Origin: Chiloscyllium plagiosum
Taxonomy: Eukaryota
Direction: 5' to 3'
DNA: 64,000 bases
Assembly (NCBI RefSeq): GCF_004010195.1
Contig: NC_057755.1
Location: forward strand, 5,025,643-5,089,642
The translations under genes were made by a program, and so were the position numbers. Below the pieces are notes generated by a model, which saw only the letters and a program-made list of their open reading frames with translations, had not been told where the DNA came from and ran no database searches. Shown piece by piece: positions 1 to 12,675 of the stretch. Numbering within the stretch: the stretch's first letter is position 1; the number at the start of each line of letters is the position of its first letter.

Positions 1-799
1 CCGGCTCCTCGCATTCTGCCTGACTTGCTGTGCTTTCCCAGCACCTCACCCTCGACCTTCAAAGACTCTATCGACTCTGGAACAGAAGAACACCAGAATA
101 TAAGAACGAGGAGCAGCAGTAGCCCATTCGGTCCCTCGAGACTGCTGCTCCAGTCCTTACGAACGCAGTTGATCTGAAGTTGACCTCAGCTTCACTTTCC
201 TATCGTCTGTAGCCCCTCAAGCCATTGCTGATCAAGAATGTCCGTGTCCTCTTTAAATGTACTCAATGTCCCTGCATCCACCAATGCCTGAGAGTGTAAA
301 TTCTGCAGATGTGTGATCCTTTTGAGAGCAACATTTCCTCCACATCTCTGATTTAAATCGGCTAAGCTCTTATCCTCAATCAGTGAATTCTAATCCTCGA
401 CTGGCCCATGCAGGAATGCATCCTCTGTTTGTCTACTTTGCCAATACCCTTTCGCATCTTATGTTCCTCAATTTGATTTCTTATAATTCTTTGAAATCCC
501 GAGACTGTAGGCCAAAACTCCTCAATCTCAATTCAGAGGAGAGTTCCTAAGTGGGGATTGGTGCGTCCCTGATGTAATTTGAATATTTAAAGTGAGAAAA
601 AAATTAATTAAAAACCCGTTAGAATGAAATCCAAATCGGAACCAATGCATTGCTGGTGTTTTTATCTGTGTTTAACTTCCATCCCTCCTCAGACATCCAA
701 CGACAGTACAACTATTTATCCAAGATCATATTAATCTCGAAGAGGACCAAACAGGATCAATTCAAGAAGGTTGTTCCTGATTAAGGTCTCCAGAACGAG

Positions 800-2050
800 G
801 GGTCACATCTGAAGATGTGTGTTTGTTCATCAACACGCTCCGGCACTCTTCCTCTGTTGTTGTAAGTGGCGCCATTCTGGCCAATTCATGGACCTGCACT
901 TTTGCGGTTACCCGAAACATCTTCCATTCATCTGGAGGCCAAAGACGGACTGTACAGGGACTTCATGAACAAAACTCTGAATAAGGCGATGTGAAGATCG
1001 TACCCGACACTACGTTCATCCTGATGGCCACTTTTTTTGTGTGGCTGCATCCATCTGAGCGTAGACCCTCGGTACACAAACACCAAGCGTCACTCCGTAC
1101 TGAGGTTCTATTTGTCCCCGATGTTGTAAAGAATTGGACTGGCCTTAATCCCGTTGGACTCTCCGAATAGTTAAACCATTCTACATCACCTCTCCTTCAT
1201 GCAGAAATTTGCAAAGAGAAAGCACCTTTGGCCATAGTCCGTCAGGAAGTGGTCATCTGTAGGGTCCTCGAGACCTTGCACGAAAAGAAGAGGGGGGGTC
1301 GTCTGTTTGATTCCCTTTGCAGGCTGTCAAAGGCATTTTGAAGAACGCCTCATCTCTAGAAATGTCCTACAACTGCCAATGGACCGCTTGGCTGTTGTTG
1401 AGAAGTGCAGTCCCTGTGAGATCCTTCCTGTACTCCCTGTCGCTCTGTTCCACCACACACTGCCCATGAAACGTCTTCGGGTTGGTACCGGCTGTCAAAC
1501 TTCCTTCTGCAATGTAGAAGCGAAATCTGATGGAAGTTGCAGTTGTTTGTATCGTGGTTCATCCCGAGCAGCTCCGTGACGTGGATCACGGTCCATGGTC
1601 CTGTTCCCCGGGATACAAATCAAGAAAATCATTGCCTGCACCTGGAGGACTATTAACCCGGTGATAGACGCTCTTTGGTCTAACCTTCCAGAACAATAGG
1701 TTGACACCGACTGAGTGTTGCAGACTAGCCCATTCCAAGAGTTGGGGTTATGTGCTCTGGGATGCACTCAATCTTGGGGCAATTGCCTTCGAGGTGCAGT
1801 GGGGTAAGATGACCATTTAAGGTGTTTCAGCCAATATACAATGAACCTCTGTTCAATTATCGGAAGCTTCCAGTGTCCCAATTCTATTTAAAAATACGTT
1901 TTCTGTGTAAGATGTGTCTACGTTTGTTTGGATAGATTCAAACTCCTACGATTTTGTTTTCTTGTTGTACTATTGTACAGAACTGTGCTGCCTTTGTGAT
2001 TATTAACATATAAAGATCATTTAAATTCCTAAAATATATTCTTGAATTAA
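800..2050 (+). mobile_element. Decayed Tx1/L1-like LINE 3' part
   Basis: Frameshifted ORF2 C-terminal-like sequence and a 3' UTR homologous to 55900-56850. Confidence 0.6.
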
Positions 2051-2404
2051 AAAGAAATGAATGAATACAGTACAACAGAATACAAATAATTGTGACATGA
2101 CGATCCGACCTCATTTTTTAATCATGTGTCAAATCCATATTTAATAAACCTTTTTAATACAATAGATTGAAGGAAAACCTTCCTTGCAATCCCGTTCAGT
2201 TCCTCTAGAAGCCTGTTTCTCAATGTTTTCAATGCGATTTAGCGGTATCACAACTATCTGGACAAGTGCACTGGAAATCATTACCCACTGTTCTTGCAGT
2301 TGTTACAAAAGTTAATGATTAAATAATGAACATAGAATTTACCATTCTCTTTGACAAGATATAAATAGAAAGCAGGACACAACAACTTCGCTTCACTTGG
2401 AGGT

Positions 2405-2480
2405 CGCCACTGATGATGTTACCTGATAATGAAACGTCTGGATATCAAACCTACAGCTCAGCGAGCAAACCTACACCCTA
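2405..2480 (+). ncRNA. Minimal hammerhead-ribozyme-like motif (Penelope-type repeat)
   Basis: cca-CTGATGA-tgttacctgataat-GAAACGTC-tgg has both catalytic boxes, a palindromic ACGT stem III and a short cca/tgg stem I. Stem II is imperfect. Confidence 0.55.
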
Positions 2481-2649
2481 TCTCTTTGACAAAGTTTAAC
2501 AAAAAACACTCACAGTCATTTGCATTGCATGGAACTTCCAATTTATATTAAGTAATTAGACTCCAGCTACAGCCAAACTATTATTGGCCATCAGTCTATA
2601 TCCAACGAATTAAATGTGTAATCCCCTTCAAAACTCAATCTTCTACATA

Positions 2650-2800
2650 CGCAGACATACTCACATGCACACTTGCACATGTAAACACAGACACACACGT
2701 GCATGCACTCTCACATGCAAACAGAGGAACACACACACACAAGCACATGCAAACATATACACGCACACCAACACACACATGCACACACAAACCAGCACGA
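2650..2800. repeat. Degenerate (CA)n-rich tract
   Basis: Direct reading of the sequence. Confidence 0.85.
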
Positions 2801-2882
2801 AAGAGAGAAAAAGAAAGAATGTTATGGATGGAGGGAAAAACTAAGAAGGAAGCCCCAATTCCTCTTCACAATGAAAATGATA

Positions 2883-3180
2883 TTAGATTAGATTACTTAC
2901 AGTGTGGAAACAGGCGCTTCAGCCCAGCAAGTCCACACCTCCCCTCCAAAGAGCGACCAATCCAGACCCATTCCCCTACATTTACCCCTTCACCTAACAC
3001 TACGGACAATTTAGCATGGCCAATTCACCTAACCTGCAGTTCTTTGGACTGTGGGAGGAAAGCAGAGCACCCGGAGGAAACCCACGCAGACATGGGGAGA
3101 ATGTGCAAACACCACACAGACATTAGCCCGAGGTGAGAATTGAACCTGGGTCCCTGGCGCTGTGAGGCAGCAGTGCTAAT
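2883..3180 (-). mobile_element. tRNA-derived SINE (HE1-like), 5' truncated
   Basis: Highly similar to 48630-48951, with B box GGTTCAATTC and a TTAGA-type tail. Confidence 0.85.
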
Positions 3181-3189
3181 TGTATTTAT

Positions 3190-4480
3190 TCTCTTCCGTT
3201 CAGAATGTTGTTTCACAGTCTTCCTTCTCTCAACGCTCTTATTGATTTACAAAAGGCACGAAGACTGATTCACAGTTATGAATATTCTCTGTCATCCTCA
3301 TTAAACGGCAGAGTTCACATGAACTGCACAAGAATAAATGAATCAGGTTTCTTCTGGCTTAAATGAATTTTTACTGCTGGGAACAGAGAGAGACCTTCCT
3401 TTCAGGTGGAGGTCTGAGGCTTCTCTGGATTTACTTCAGAATCCCAAGTGGTTCAGCTGTCTGAGAAACAGTCACATCACTGTTGGCAGACAGAAGGCCT
3501 TTGGAAATTGATAATCGGTCGGTTGTTTACAAACCAAGCAACTACTTGCTCTAAACCAAGGCTCCATCTGTAAGTATTTCTGTTCATCTGCAAGGACTTC
3601 AATCATTATGTCATTCTCACTGTCAAGAGAATTGCTTCCGAAGCATGCAACAATCCTCCACCAAACCTCTGGTTTTGAAGTAGGTCTTTTTCCGTTTTAG
3701 TCAACAATTAAAATCCAGATGTGGAAAAAATGTTTTTCATACACCTCAGCCCTTATAAAACTGAAATGCCATTCAAAAAACGCATTTCCTTACAAAGTAT
3801 ATGATGTACAAAAATATAACATCAGACTGCAATCAATTTATTCTTTCTTCCATGTGACAATGTTTAACAATCAGCATTCCTTATATCTTTCATTTATTTC
3901 ATAATTTGACATTTGAGACAATACATTGGCCATTACATTATGTGTTGCAGCATGGTGTATGATCTTTACATTAAATGGATCCAATTGAATTGTCTTGCAA
4001 TCATTGTTGGAAAGCTTTCAATGAGGACCAGTGGATTCTGTCCAGTGCAACTTCTCATTTTATTGTTCCCAGTTGGGTTCAGGCTTCATAGTATTGAAGA
4101 GCCAACGGCAATCCTAAAGCTTCTATTTCCCTGGGAAGTGTTTCCTATGATGCGTATTCTTTTCAAGAGTAGAACACAATGCGCTTCTCTATTTCTGAGT
4201 CATCATCCTGCAACATGACAGCAGTCAACAGCATGAACTGCCATTTCAAAACTCTGGAAAGCTCAGCGATGGCCGACATTGGCCCTTTGATTCAAATTCC
4301 CTTCATCCCCACAAAGGTAGTCTCGCATTCTACTAATCAGATCACTTTTACTTGGTTCCTTCACAAGTTTCTTTAATGGCACAACTCAAAAGCTGAGATA
4401 ATGCAAAACGTTCCAATAAACATACACATTCCGAAAAAAATCTATCAATTTCACACTAGGTTTTGGAAATAAAAGGAAAT
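3190..4480 (-). mobile_element. Gypsy-type (Gmr1-like) LTR retrotransposon relic: RT-connection/RNase H, PPT and 3' LTR
   Basis: Minus-strand pieces read AVMLQDDDSEIEKRIVFYS, EIEALGLPLALQYYE, CTGQNPLVLIESF and FNVKIIHHAATHNVMANVLSQ (RNase H motifs, 3910-4230). They are followed by PPT-like taagggctgagg and TG at 3743. The far LTR end is uncertain. Confidence 0.7.
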
Positions 4481-4487
4481 TAATAGA

Positions 4488-5280
4488 AGATAGAACATGA
4501 CAGCGCAGTACAGGCGCTTGGACACTCGATGTTGCCCCGATCTTTGAAAACAATCTCAAGCCCATCTAACCTACACTATTCCATTATCACTCATATATTT
4601 ATTTAATGATAATTTACATGCCCTTCAAATTGTCAAGTCTTCCACTGTTGCAGGCAGGGCATTACATATCCTTACTAATCTCTGAGTTAATAACCTTCCT
4701 CTGATATCTTTCCTATATCCATTACTCCTCAATTTATAACCATGTCTTCTCATGCCAGCCATCACCAGACGAGGAAAAAGACTCTTACAGTTCATCCTTT
4801 CTGATTCTCTGATCATCTTGTATCTCTGTATTAGGGGTCCTCTCAACCCCCTTCTCTCCCACGACAACATCATGGTAAATCCCCTCTGCACCTTTTCTAA
4901 TGATTCCAGATCCTTCTTGTGATGCAGCAAATAGAACTGCACGCAATATGACCTCATGGCTCCGAAACTCAATCCGTGTACCAATAAAAGCTACCACACT
5001 GTAAGCCTTCTTACCAACCCTGTCAAGCTGGGTGTGAACTTTCAGGGATCAATATACATGGACACCGAGGTCTCTGCGTATTCACACTTCAAGAATCGAA
5101 CCATTAGCTCAGTGCTCTGTGCTCCTGTTACTTCTTCAAAAGTGAATCATCTCACACTTTTCCGCATTAATCTCCATTTTCTACCTCGCAGCCCAGCTCT
5201 GAAGCTTATCCATGTTCCTTTGTACCCTGCAACATCCTTCAGCACTATCCACTACTCCACCGACATTAGTGGCATTCACG
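4488..5280 (-). mobile_element. CR1-type LINE 3' fragment
   Basis: YCVQF...LEKVQRGFTMML...RICNALP RT C-terminal motifs, with a TTCTA-type tail. Confidence 0.85.
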
Positions 5281-5299
5281 TTGGCTATCATTGGCAATA

Positions 5300-5700
5300 G
5301 CTGTGTGCTTCTACATGTATGACTATGTGTTTCTCGATGCACGTGTGTCTCTGAGTGTCTGGGAGTACATGTCTGAGAATCTGTGTGCGTGTACATGTGC
5401 TTGTGAGTGCATATATATGAGTGTTTGTCTGTCTCTGTGTGTTGTTTTTGTGTGTGAGTGCCTGTGTCTGTCTGCTTTTCTCTCTCGGTTTGCGCATGCA
5501 CCTCTGGACATGTCTCTGCTTATGTGAGTGCCTGTGACTGTGCGTATGTGTATCTCCCTCTGTATCTATCTGTATGTTTCTGGTGATGAATCTGCATGCG
5601 TGACTATCTACACGTGTCTGTGAGTGCATGTGCGTGTGTCAGTGTATATAAGTGTGTCTATTACAGTGCGTTTCTTTGCTGTATATATATATCGCAATCT
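5300..5700. repeat. Degenerate (TG)n-rich tract
   Basis: Direct reading of the sequence. Confidence 0.85.
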
Positions 5701-6727
5701 ACCTCTGTGCCTATGCCGGTGTTGGACTGGGGTGGACAATATCAGAAGTCACACTAGACCACGTCAGAGTCCAACAAGTTTAATTGAAATCACAAGCTTC
5801 CAATTACAACTGTTCAAACTGCAACATGTGACTTATAGCACCATCTACATGTTTGTGCCTTTTGTGTGTTAATATGACAGTACGTTTATATTTCAGTGTG
5901 TATCTCTGTGACTGTATGTCTGTGCAGTAGCGTCTCTGTTGCTTTGGAAGCGAAGCCGTTGAACTGAGGTTAAAAACCCTCTATCTGTGTCACTATTGTA
6001 TTTAAGGTGGTAATTTGATGCTGCTGCTGATGTGTCCCTGTATAAGTGTGTGTATGTGTCTGTCTCTCTGTACTGGTATATGCCTATTTGCGAGTATGTG
6101 TGCTATTCTCTACCCACAATGGGAATTACTTTTTTTTCCAATGAAGATTTGAGTGAATAAGTTAAAATGTTGTTAATCGAAGTTTCAGACTTTCTCTCTC
6201 TCTCCATCTGGCTGTCCTTTTGTTTTCAGTGATACAATGCCATCCTCAACTGGACTCCCCACGCCACAGCAAAAGCAGGTTTTGCTCAGAGAAACGATCA
6301 AGCTGTATGAACCTCTCACTGCATATTTGTTCCGTTCTTCAAAGAATGTCTTTGGAAACACAAATCAGTTTTGCCTGATCCCTTGCGATATTCTCCCTGA
6401 GACATGAGGAGAAGAAGCTGAATATACCCAGTGCTTGTCTTATCCACTCCAGTTTTATATCAGTTCTCACTTAGAATTTGATGTGCGAGTTTACATCAGA
6501 ACACACCTGCCGAAATTGTAATAAAATTCACCATAGTCTCCTGAAGAGACGATTCACTAAAAGGTTTTGAATATAATTGCAGCGGAAATACTCTAATTCA
6601 TGTCTATTATTTCAAAGACAAATCATAACTCACTGCAGACGGAGCACAAATGTTGCTCTCCTGAGTTACCGACTGAGAGACCTCAGTGCAATTGTTACCA
6701 ACTCCACACCAGTCTTGCAGAAATGTG

Positions 6728-6736
<9 letters not shown>

Positions 6737-6763
<27 letters not shown>
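6737..6763. repeat. (TG)n microsatellite
   Basis: Direct reading of the sequence. Confidence 0.9.
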
Positions 6764-6766
<3 letters not shown>

Positions 6767-7519
6767 ATCATTGCCTGTGTTTCAGATTCTGTATGCTTGT
6801 GATCGTGCATGTGGGTATATCTGCGTTGATTGTACTGGCCTCGCTCTCACTGTGTCTTTCTGATTGAGTCAGGCATTTTTTTACCCTCCACCAATCCATG
6901 TGTAATGGTGTGGGGGTTCCAGCAGAGGGTTAACATTGTCAAACCTTCAACAAAAGAGATATTCATTATTTGAATTTGACTCTTCACTACATGACAGGAA
7001 ATTCCTGCTTCAGACCTCATTGGAGTATGACCCCTTTGGCAGCTGTAACAATGATACTTAAAAGTAGGCACCTCAGCCATTTGTTTTCATGGATATAATC
7101 GATAGAACTAGATTTTTTACTGCGTTATGAAACTTCACGCTGAACCAAGACAATGTCACTGAATAAATAAATGTTTCAAGAGTAGTTCTAATACTGTCAT
7201 GTAATCCCCTGTCACAATTCCTCACATTGAATCTGGTCATCGTGGGCTCTTTGTGACATTAGCATGCAATCTGTTGAATCGGTACTCAGGAGTATGACCA
7301 CGGACTTAATCGACAAACATTTTCTAAATTACTGTGTTATTTAGTTTAATCAGATCTCTTTGAAGGATACGATTTTTTGTAGACTTATAGAGGGTTCCAA
7401 TCTGATAGGATTTAATCAATAGGAAATTTCAATCCCGGGACAATTGCTTTGGATTGTGCTGCACTAGCAAATCCGTAAGTTCCTAGTTGAACTCCCTCCC
7501 TGCATTGGGATAAGGCTTC

Positions 7520-8160
7520 ACTTTCAAGGTCCCCATTTGCCCTGGATGGAGCAGCTACAACAACAGTCAAGCAGCTGATCACCAACCAGGACAAAGCAGC
7601 CCCCTCTTGATTGGCACCGTATCCTCAAACATCACCTCCCACCCCACCGACACTCAGTAGCAGCAGTGCGCACCACTTACAATATGCAGCACAGAAATTC
7701 ACCAAAGATCGTCAGGAAGCAATTTCCAAACACACACACACAATTACAACGAGATGGAAAATGGTTCTGCTGTCTATCTCTGGTCTCGTTGATTCTCTCC
7801 TTTGCTCTCACCTTTCAATATATTCTGGACTCGACTGGTCACTAAAATGTGTCTGACTGTCAGGGCATTGGGCAACAGAATTAAAGCGAATGGCAGATGC
7901 ATGAGGACGCCATACCATTGTAAGTTTCCTTCGAATTCTCTCGCCATTCCGACTGTGAAATGTATCACTGTTCCTGAAGTGTAGCTTGTTCAAAGTCCCG
8001 GAATTCCCTTCCTCACGGCATTGTGGGTGAACACAGAGCACAAGGACTGCAGCGTATCAAGAAGGCAGTTCACTCTTGTCTTCTCATGGGGTGGCAACTG
8101 GTGACGGGGCAATAAGTTCTGACGCAACCAGTGATGTCCACATCCCGTGAGAGAATTGGA
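7520..8160 (+). mobile_element. LINE 3' end (CR1-like family with a ggcaataaatgct...cacatccc tail), interrupted by the GPCR fragment
   Basis: Same family as 25810-25945. The tail is also seen at 16425-16480. Confidence 0.65.
7765..7897 (-). pseudogene. Isolated GPCR TM5-ICL3 fragment inside a LINE 3' end
   Basis: LPFALILLPNALTVRHILVTSRVQNILKGESKGENQRD matches the same segment of copies A, C and D. Confidence 0.85.
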
Positions 8161-8217
8161 AATAGCATCCATAGTCTGGAAACAATCAGAACTTTCTTTT
8201 GGATTCAATTAGCGGTT

Positions 8218-9104
8218 TTATTTTTTCATAATGGCAGAAATTCATGTAACTAGGTATTTTACTGTGTTACTCTCGTTCAATCTGAACCTAGGCAACGTTG
8301 CTGCATAAATGGATATATTTATGCAACAACTTAAATTCTGGAGCATGTAACCAGTCATACCTAAGGAATACAGGAAAGCCGAGTAATCATAAGGATGGGT
8401 TCCTTGAATGACATAAGAACTGTATAAGAAAGAGTAACCACAGGATTATGAAAGTCCCAGATTTAGTGAGGAGCAATATCACAGCCTTCCTTCTGCTCTC
8501 CATCTCACGGTCTGTGCAATTCTCTTCTTCGTTCTCACCTTTCAGCATCTGCTAGACTCGCCTTGTCACTAAAATGTGTCTGACTGTCAGAACAGAATTA
8601 AAGCAAATAGCAGTAAAGGGCGAAAAACTGTATCCAGCCAATCTAATACCACTCACCAAGTTTCAGTAAAGTAGCTTGATTTTGTTTTAAAGTAGAATGG
8701 TACATTGTTGATTATCAACCGACGTTCATATTGAAAATTGAAGGGGATGGTTTTCAAACAAAACAGGGTGCAGGTTGTTGCTAGAACCAGAGTTACATTT
8801 CTATCAGTGCAATATTTTGTTTTCAGCTTCTGATATCAAATACTCACAAATCTGTCAGAGGAGTAAGTGAGAGTGAAGCAGACAGATCAGACAGTGGCTG
8901 CATGCGACACAACCCCAATAACACTGCACACAGGAGTGATAGACACGACAGAATCTGAGCAGTAATAAAAGTGAAAATCTGTTCGTATAATGTCAGTGAT
9001 AATGGCCATCAGATCGGCAGCTGCCATAACCGCCAGGTAATGAGTCGTGCAAGGGGAAACACCACATTTTCCCCGGGAAAGGATAAACGTCACCAGCCAA
9101 TTAA
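8218..9104 (-). pseudogene. GPR139/142-like GPCR copy A, exon 2 (heavily disabled)
   Basis: After an AG acceptor (9105-9106) it reads (V)NWLVTFILSRGKCGVSPCTTHYLAVMAAADL...TPVCSV...DRFVSI*YQKLKTKYCT...GYMLQNLSCCINISIYAAT..RFR. It is collinear with the other copies and has several in-frame stops. Confidence 0.9.
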
Positions 9105-10311
9105 CTATGTAAGAAAAATGGGAAAAGACACAACAAAATTATTGATTATAAATTCCTCTGTGTCTTCCAGAGTGCAAAAGTAAAATTTTACTCCACCACC
9201 CAGTGCACTCTGTGTGTGGAAGTGAAAATGATTGGAATTGAATGAGTTTGAATTTCAAGAATTTCTCATTCATCTCAGATTGACCTATGGCCCAACCGCT
9301 CCAGAGTTTATGGATTTTGGACAGATACTGAACTCGTGATTCCTCCAATGAGAACAGAAGCAAGTTTGAGATTTTTCTGGATGAAAGGGAACAATTCAAA
9401 TGCCTGTGATAGTTTTTCACAGTCCTCAGGTCCAACGCTGGCCAGGTGCAGAACGCCAATAGAAACAGTCATCTCAACACAGACATAGGACTGTGTTATG
9501 AAAAACGGAAAAAATCCTAATTCTGCAAATCAGAAACAAAAAGGAAAAGCTCAGCAGCTCCTGTCAAGATGTGAATTCTCTGGCGATACAGGCGAAGGCG
9601 GAGAGAATTTCGTAACGGATGGTAGCTGGATGAAGTTTTACAAATCAAAGCAGGATGCAACTTCCTCAATTCCTTTGTTGTTACTCAAACAAAGATCTCA
9701 AAATGAATATTAACAACTGCTCCCTTTGTGGATGAGAGCTCCCAACCACTTTCACATTTTGCTTCTGGATGTGCTACGTCACATTGCTGCTGAACAGTCT
9801 GGTCCTCATTCTTAGACCATGCTGCCTTATTATCAAATCATCAGCCAGTGGAAATCGCTAATATTTTCCTGTCTTTTCCAGTTAATTACTTCTGGGATTT
9901 TTCACAGATCACACTTCAATCTTCTAAACAAGCCTCATTTGTACAACAAAACATAAATTGCTCAGCAGGACTGGCAGCATCTGTGGAGAGAAAGGAAACT
10001 TACCGTTTCGGATCCAGTGACCCCTTTTCAGAAGTAACTCGCTTTATCTCTCCTATTACCTTCAAACTCTGTGAAACTGGATCAGATGCGACAACATTGA
10101 TATCAGATAATGCTGCAGTAGCAGTGAAGTTGGGAGTCTCAGTCAGCGGAGAATTGTACCGAGAGTGCCACTCAGTGAATTACTGTCACTGTTGCGGTGT
10201 CTGGATAAGGCTGCCCAGTCAGTGAACTGGAGATGTTATTGTTCAAAAGGTAAAACCAGACAGCAGATCAGCAGCAGATTAAAACAAGTTCAATTATCAG
10301 AATGTCCACAC

Positions 10312-10378
10312 CAGGAATACCAATAAAAGCAAGAGTGCTGTCGAACACCTTCTCCACTTCATTAATTGGTAAATTATT
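10312..10378 (-). pseudogene. GPCR copy A, exon 1 (start codon lost)
   Basis: 67 nt reading NNLPINEVEKVFDSTLAFIGIP+G, followed by GT (gtgtgg). Length and phase match exon 1 of copies C and D, but there is no ATG. Confidence 0.75.
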
Positions 10379-11148
10379 TCTCCGTGTGAAGTGATCTATC
10401 ACTCCAGTCAGCTGGCAATCTCTTTGTTTGAAACTCTGAGCCAATGCATTTCCAGAGACATAGTCTTCTACTGTATCGAAGCTCCTTGGGGAAATCGAGG
10501 TGACAGCATTACTCAGCTTTGTTACTGTTTAACAAATTTCAGTAAATGACTAAATTCATTACAATAATCAGTTTAATCTCTAAATATGAAGTGGTGTTGC
10601 TGCTCAGAACATCATAACGGAATAACAAAAGCCGAATCGGAAATCTGCCAGCAATAAAGCTGTCAAATCAAACACCATGAGCCCTTTCCCAGATCACAAA
10701 TCACTTTAGCAGACTAGGGGTACATAACCATCCTTGTACAATACGAGCCACTGTTATTCTATTGTAAGGGGCAGGGGTGCAGAACCAGGAATGGGTGACA
10801 GTTCAACAATTTGAGCATTCTGATGTCATGTAGAACATGCTGCCAGGGATTAGACCAAGATATTTACAGAAAATGTTCTCTGTTCTCTGCACTGGAATCG
10901 ATATTCTGAGGCAGCGATTAAGCTCTTTTTACACTTTCTGCGTATTGGCTAACAGCTTTGTAATGACTGCATGCAAAGATGCAGCACGGCAAAAGGATAC
11001 TTGTGTCCAGGATCCCTGTGGAATGACCAACAAGACACGTGGTGTGTGCAGATTGGATCCTGTGGGTCCAACCTACAATATTGGTGCTGTTCAAGTGAAA
11101 CCATCAATTTGTGACTTACTGGAAACCACATATGCACACGCATGTGTG

Positions 11149-11152
11149 CACA

Positions 11153-11215
<63 letters not shown>

Positions 11216-11220
11216 ACACG
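11149..11220. repeat. (CA)n microsatellite
   Basis: Long near-perfect array. Confidence 0.95.
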
Positions 11221-12444
11221 TGCACACGCATGGAAGTACATACACACAGACCTGGGAATGGACTATTCACTAATTTCACTGGTAAAATCTTGTTTGATAA
11301 CGTTCACCAGGAAGAAATGCAAATCATAATAGATCCAACAAAGGCACAGCTACTGTAGTGGTTTCAGTCCCGTTTTATATGATTACATTTGCACGTGATC
11401 TGTAGAATAATGAAATGAGGGACACGCCAATATGAGAAAAAACCCATGTCAGCAGTTAATAGACGAGAATTGATCTCGTCACAGCATATGGGGCAGGAAT
11501 GTTACTGGTCAATAACCTCAGTTTGGATAACTGGGATAATAAACCCAGAACTTTGGCCCAACAAGTCAAATGAACCAGTGAAGCACTGAATTATAAACAA
11601 TCAACAAGAGACTACAGGATAACTACACAGAATGAGGCTAATCACCACGATGGTGGAGAGTCACGCCAAGATGATTAACGGGGTGATGGAATAGCTGAGG
11701 GCACAGCTCAGGCAGGTTAGCCAATGGAAGGTCCCATCCTGGATCAGTGACAAACAGCGTGAACAATCTGTTCCAAGAGAAACCCCTCACTAACATCTCT
11801 TACTGTCAGTGACAGCAGCTCACCGAGGTCGGGGTTACTGACATCACGATGAGACACTGACCGTGGTGATAGTCATTCCTATTACCCTGAGGGGCAAAGC
11901 TGGTTTGGAGTCAAGAATGTCAGACTTATATGAAAAGGGTAGTTGTTTGGGTTACCATGGCGTCCTCCCATCTACTGCGGAGAGACAGGGGATATAAACC
12001 GGGGTCAGTCCGAAGTAAATGTGAACAAACGGGCCATTCCACTATATGTCCAGAGGTTACCATTCATGAAATCGGCTCCTCTCACATCAAGCTGTGGGCC
12101 AATTTCTCTCACCTTGATCTATGTTGGGATATTGTTGCTCTGATTGCTGCTGGAAATGACAGATATTCCAAAAAATTGTTACGATCATTATGAATAATCC
12201 ACAATCAGGGGCTAGAAGATAGATGGAGCACTATGGGTAATCACTTTATTTTTATTCATTCATGGAAGCAGTAATGAGGCAAAAATATAAGGATGGATTG
12301 GCAAAAGGCATCCATTGTTGTTGATACAGGGCTGCAAAACAAGTCAAGATATTTGCTTCAGTGATCAGCACCTTTCATTTATTTGATTCAACCAGAAGTA
12401 CATTACTATGAACATATCGAAATTTGCATCACGAGTTTGGAGCT

Positions 12445-12675
12445 GAAAATGTGTTGCTGGAAAAGCGCAGAGTTCATGCAACATCCAAGGAGCAGGAGAA
12501 TCGACGTTTCGGGCATGAGCCCTTCTTCAGAAATCTATTTCTGAAGAAGGGCTCATTCCCGAAACGTCGATTCTCCTGCTACTTGGATGCTGCATGACCT
12601 GCTGCGCTTTTCCAGCAACACATTTTCATCTCTGATCTCCAGCATCTGCAGTCCTCACTTTCTCCCATAACTAGT
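12445..12675. mobile_element. Penelope-derived palindromic element with two opposed hammerhead motifs
   Basis: Inverted arms of about 90 nt (12445-12533 and 12537-12628) around a 3-nt loop. Each strand reads CTGAAGA-agggctcat(g/t)ccc-GAAACGTC. Confidence 0.8.

Noticed and set aside
10837..11358. His/Thr- and Cys/Val-rich ORFs here and at 2.6, 5.3, 18.6, 28.3, 32.2, 37.4 and 39.9 kb
   Set aside because: Translations of CA/TG microsatellites.
11400..12340. Possible integrase or other coding relic on the minus strand (PLIVDYS-like piece)
   Set aside because: No consistent motif series could be read. It needs a frameshift-aware search.
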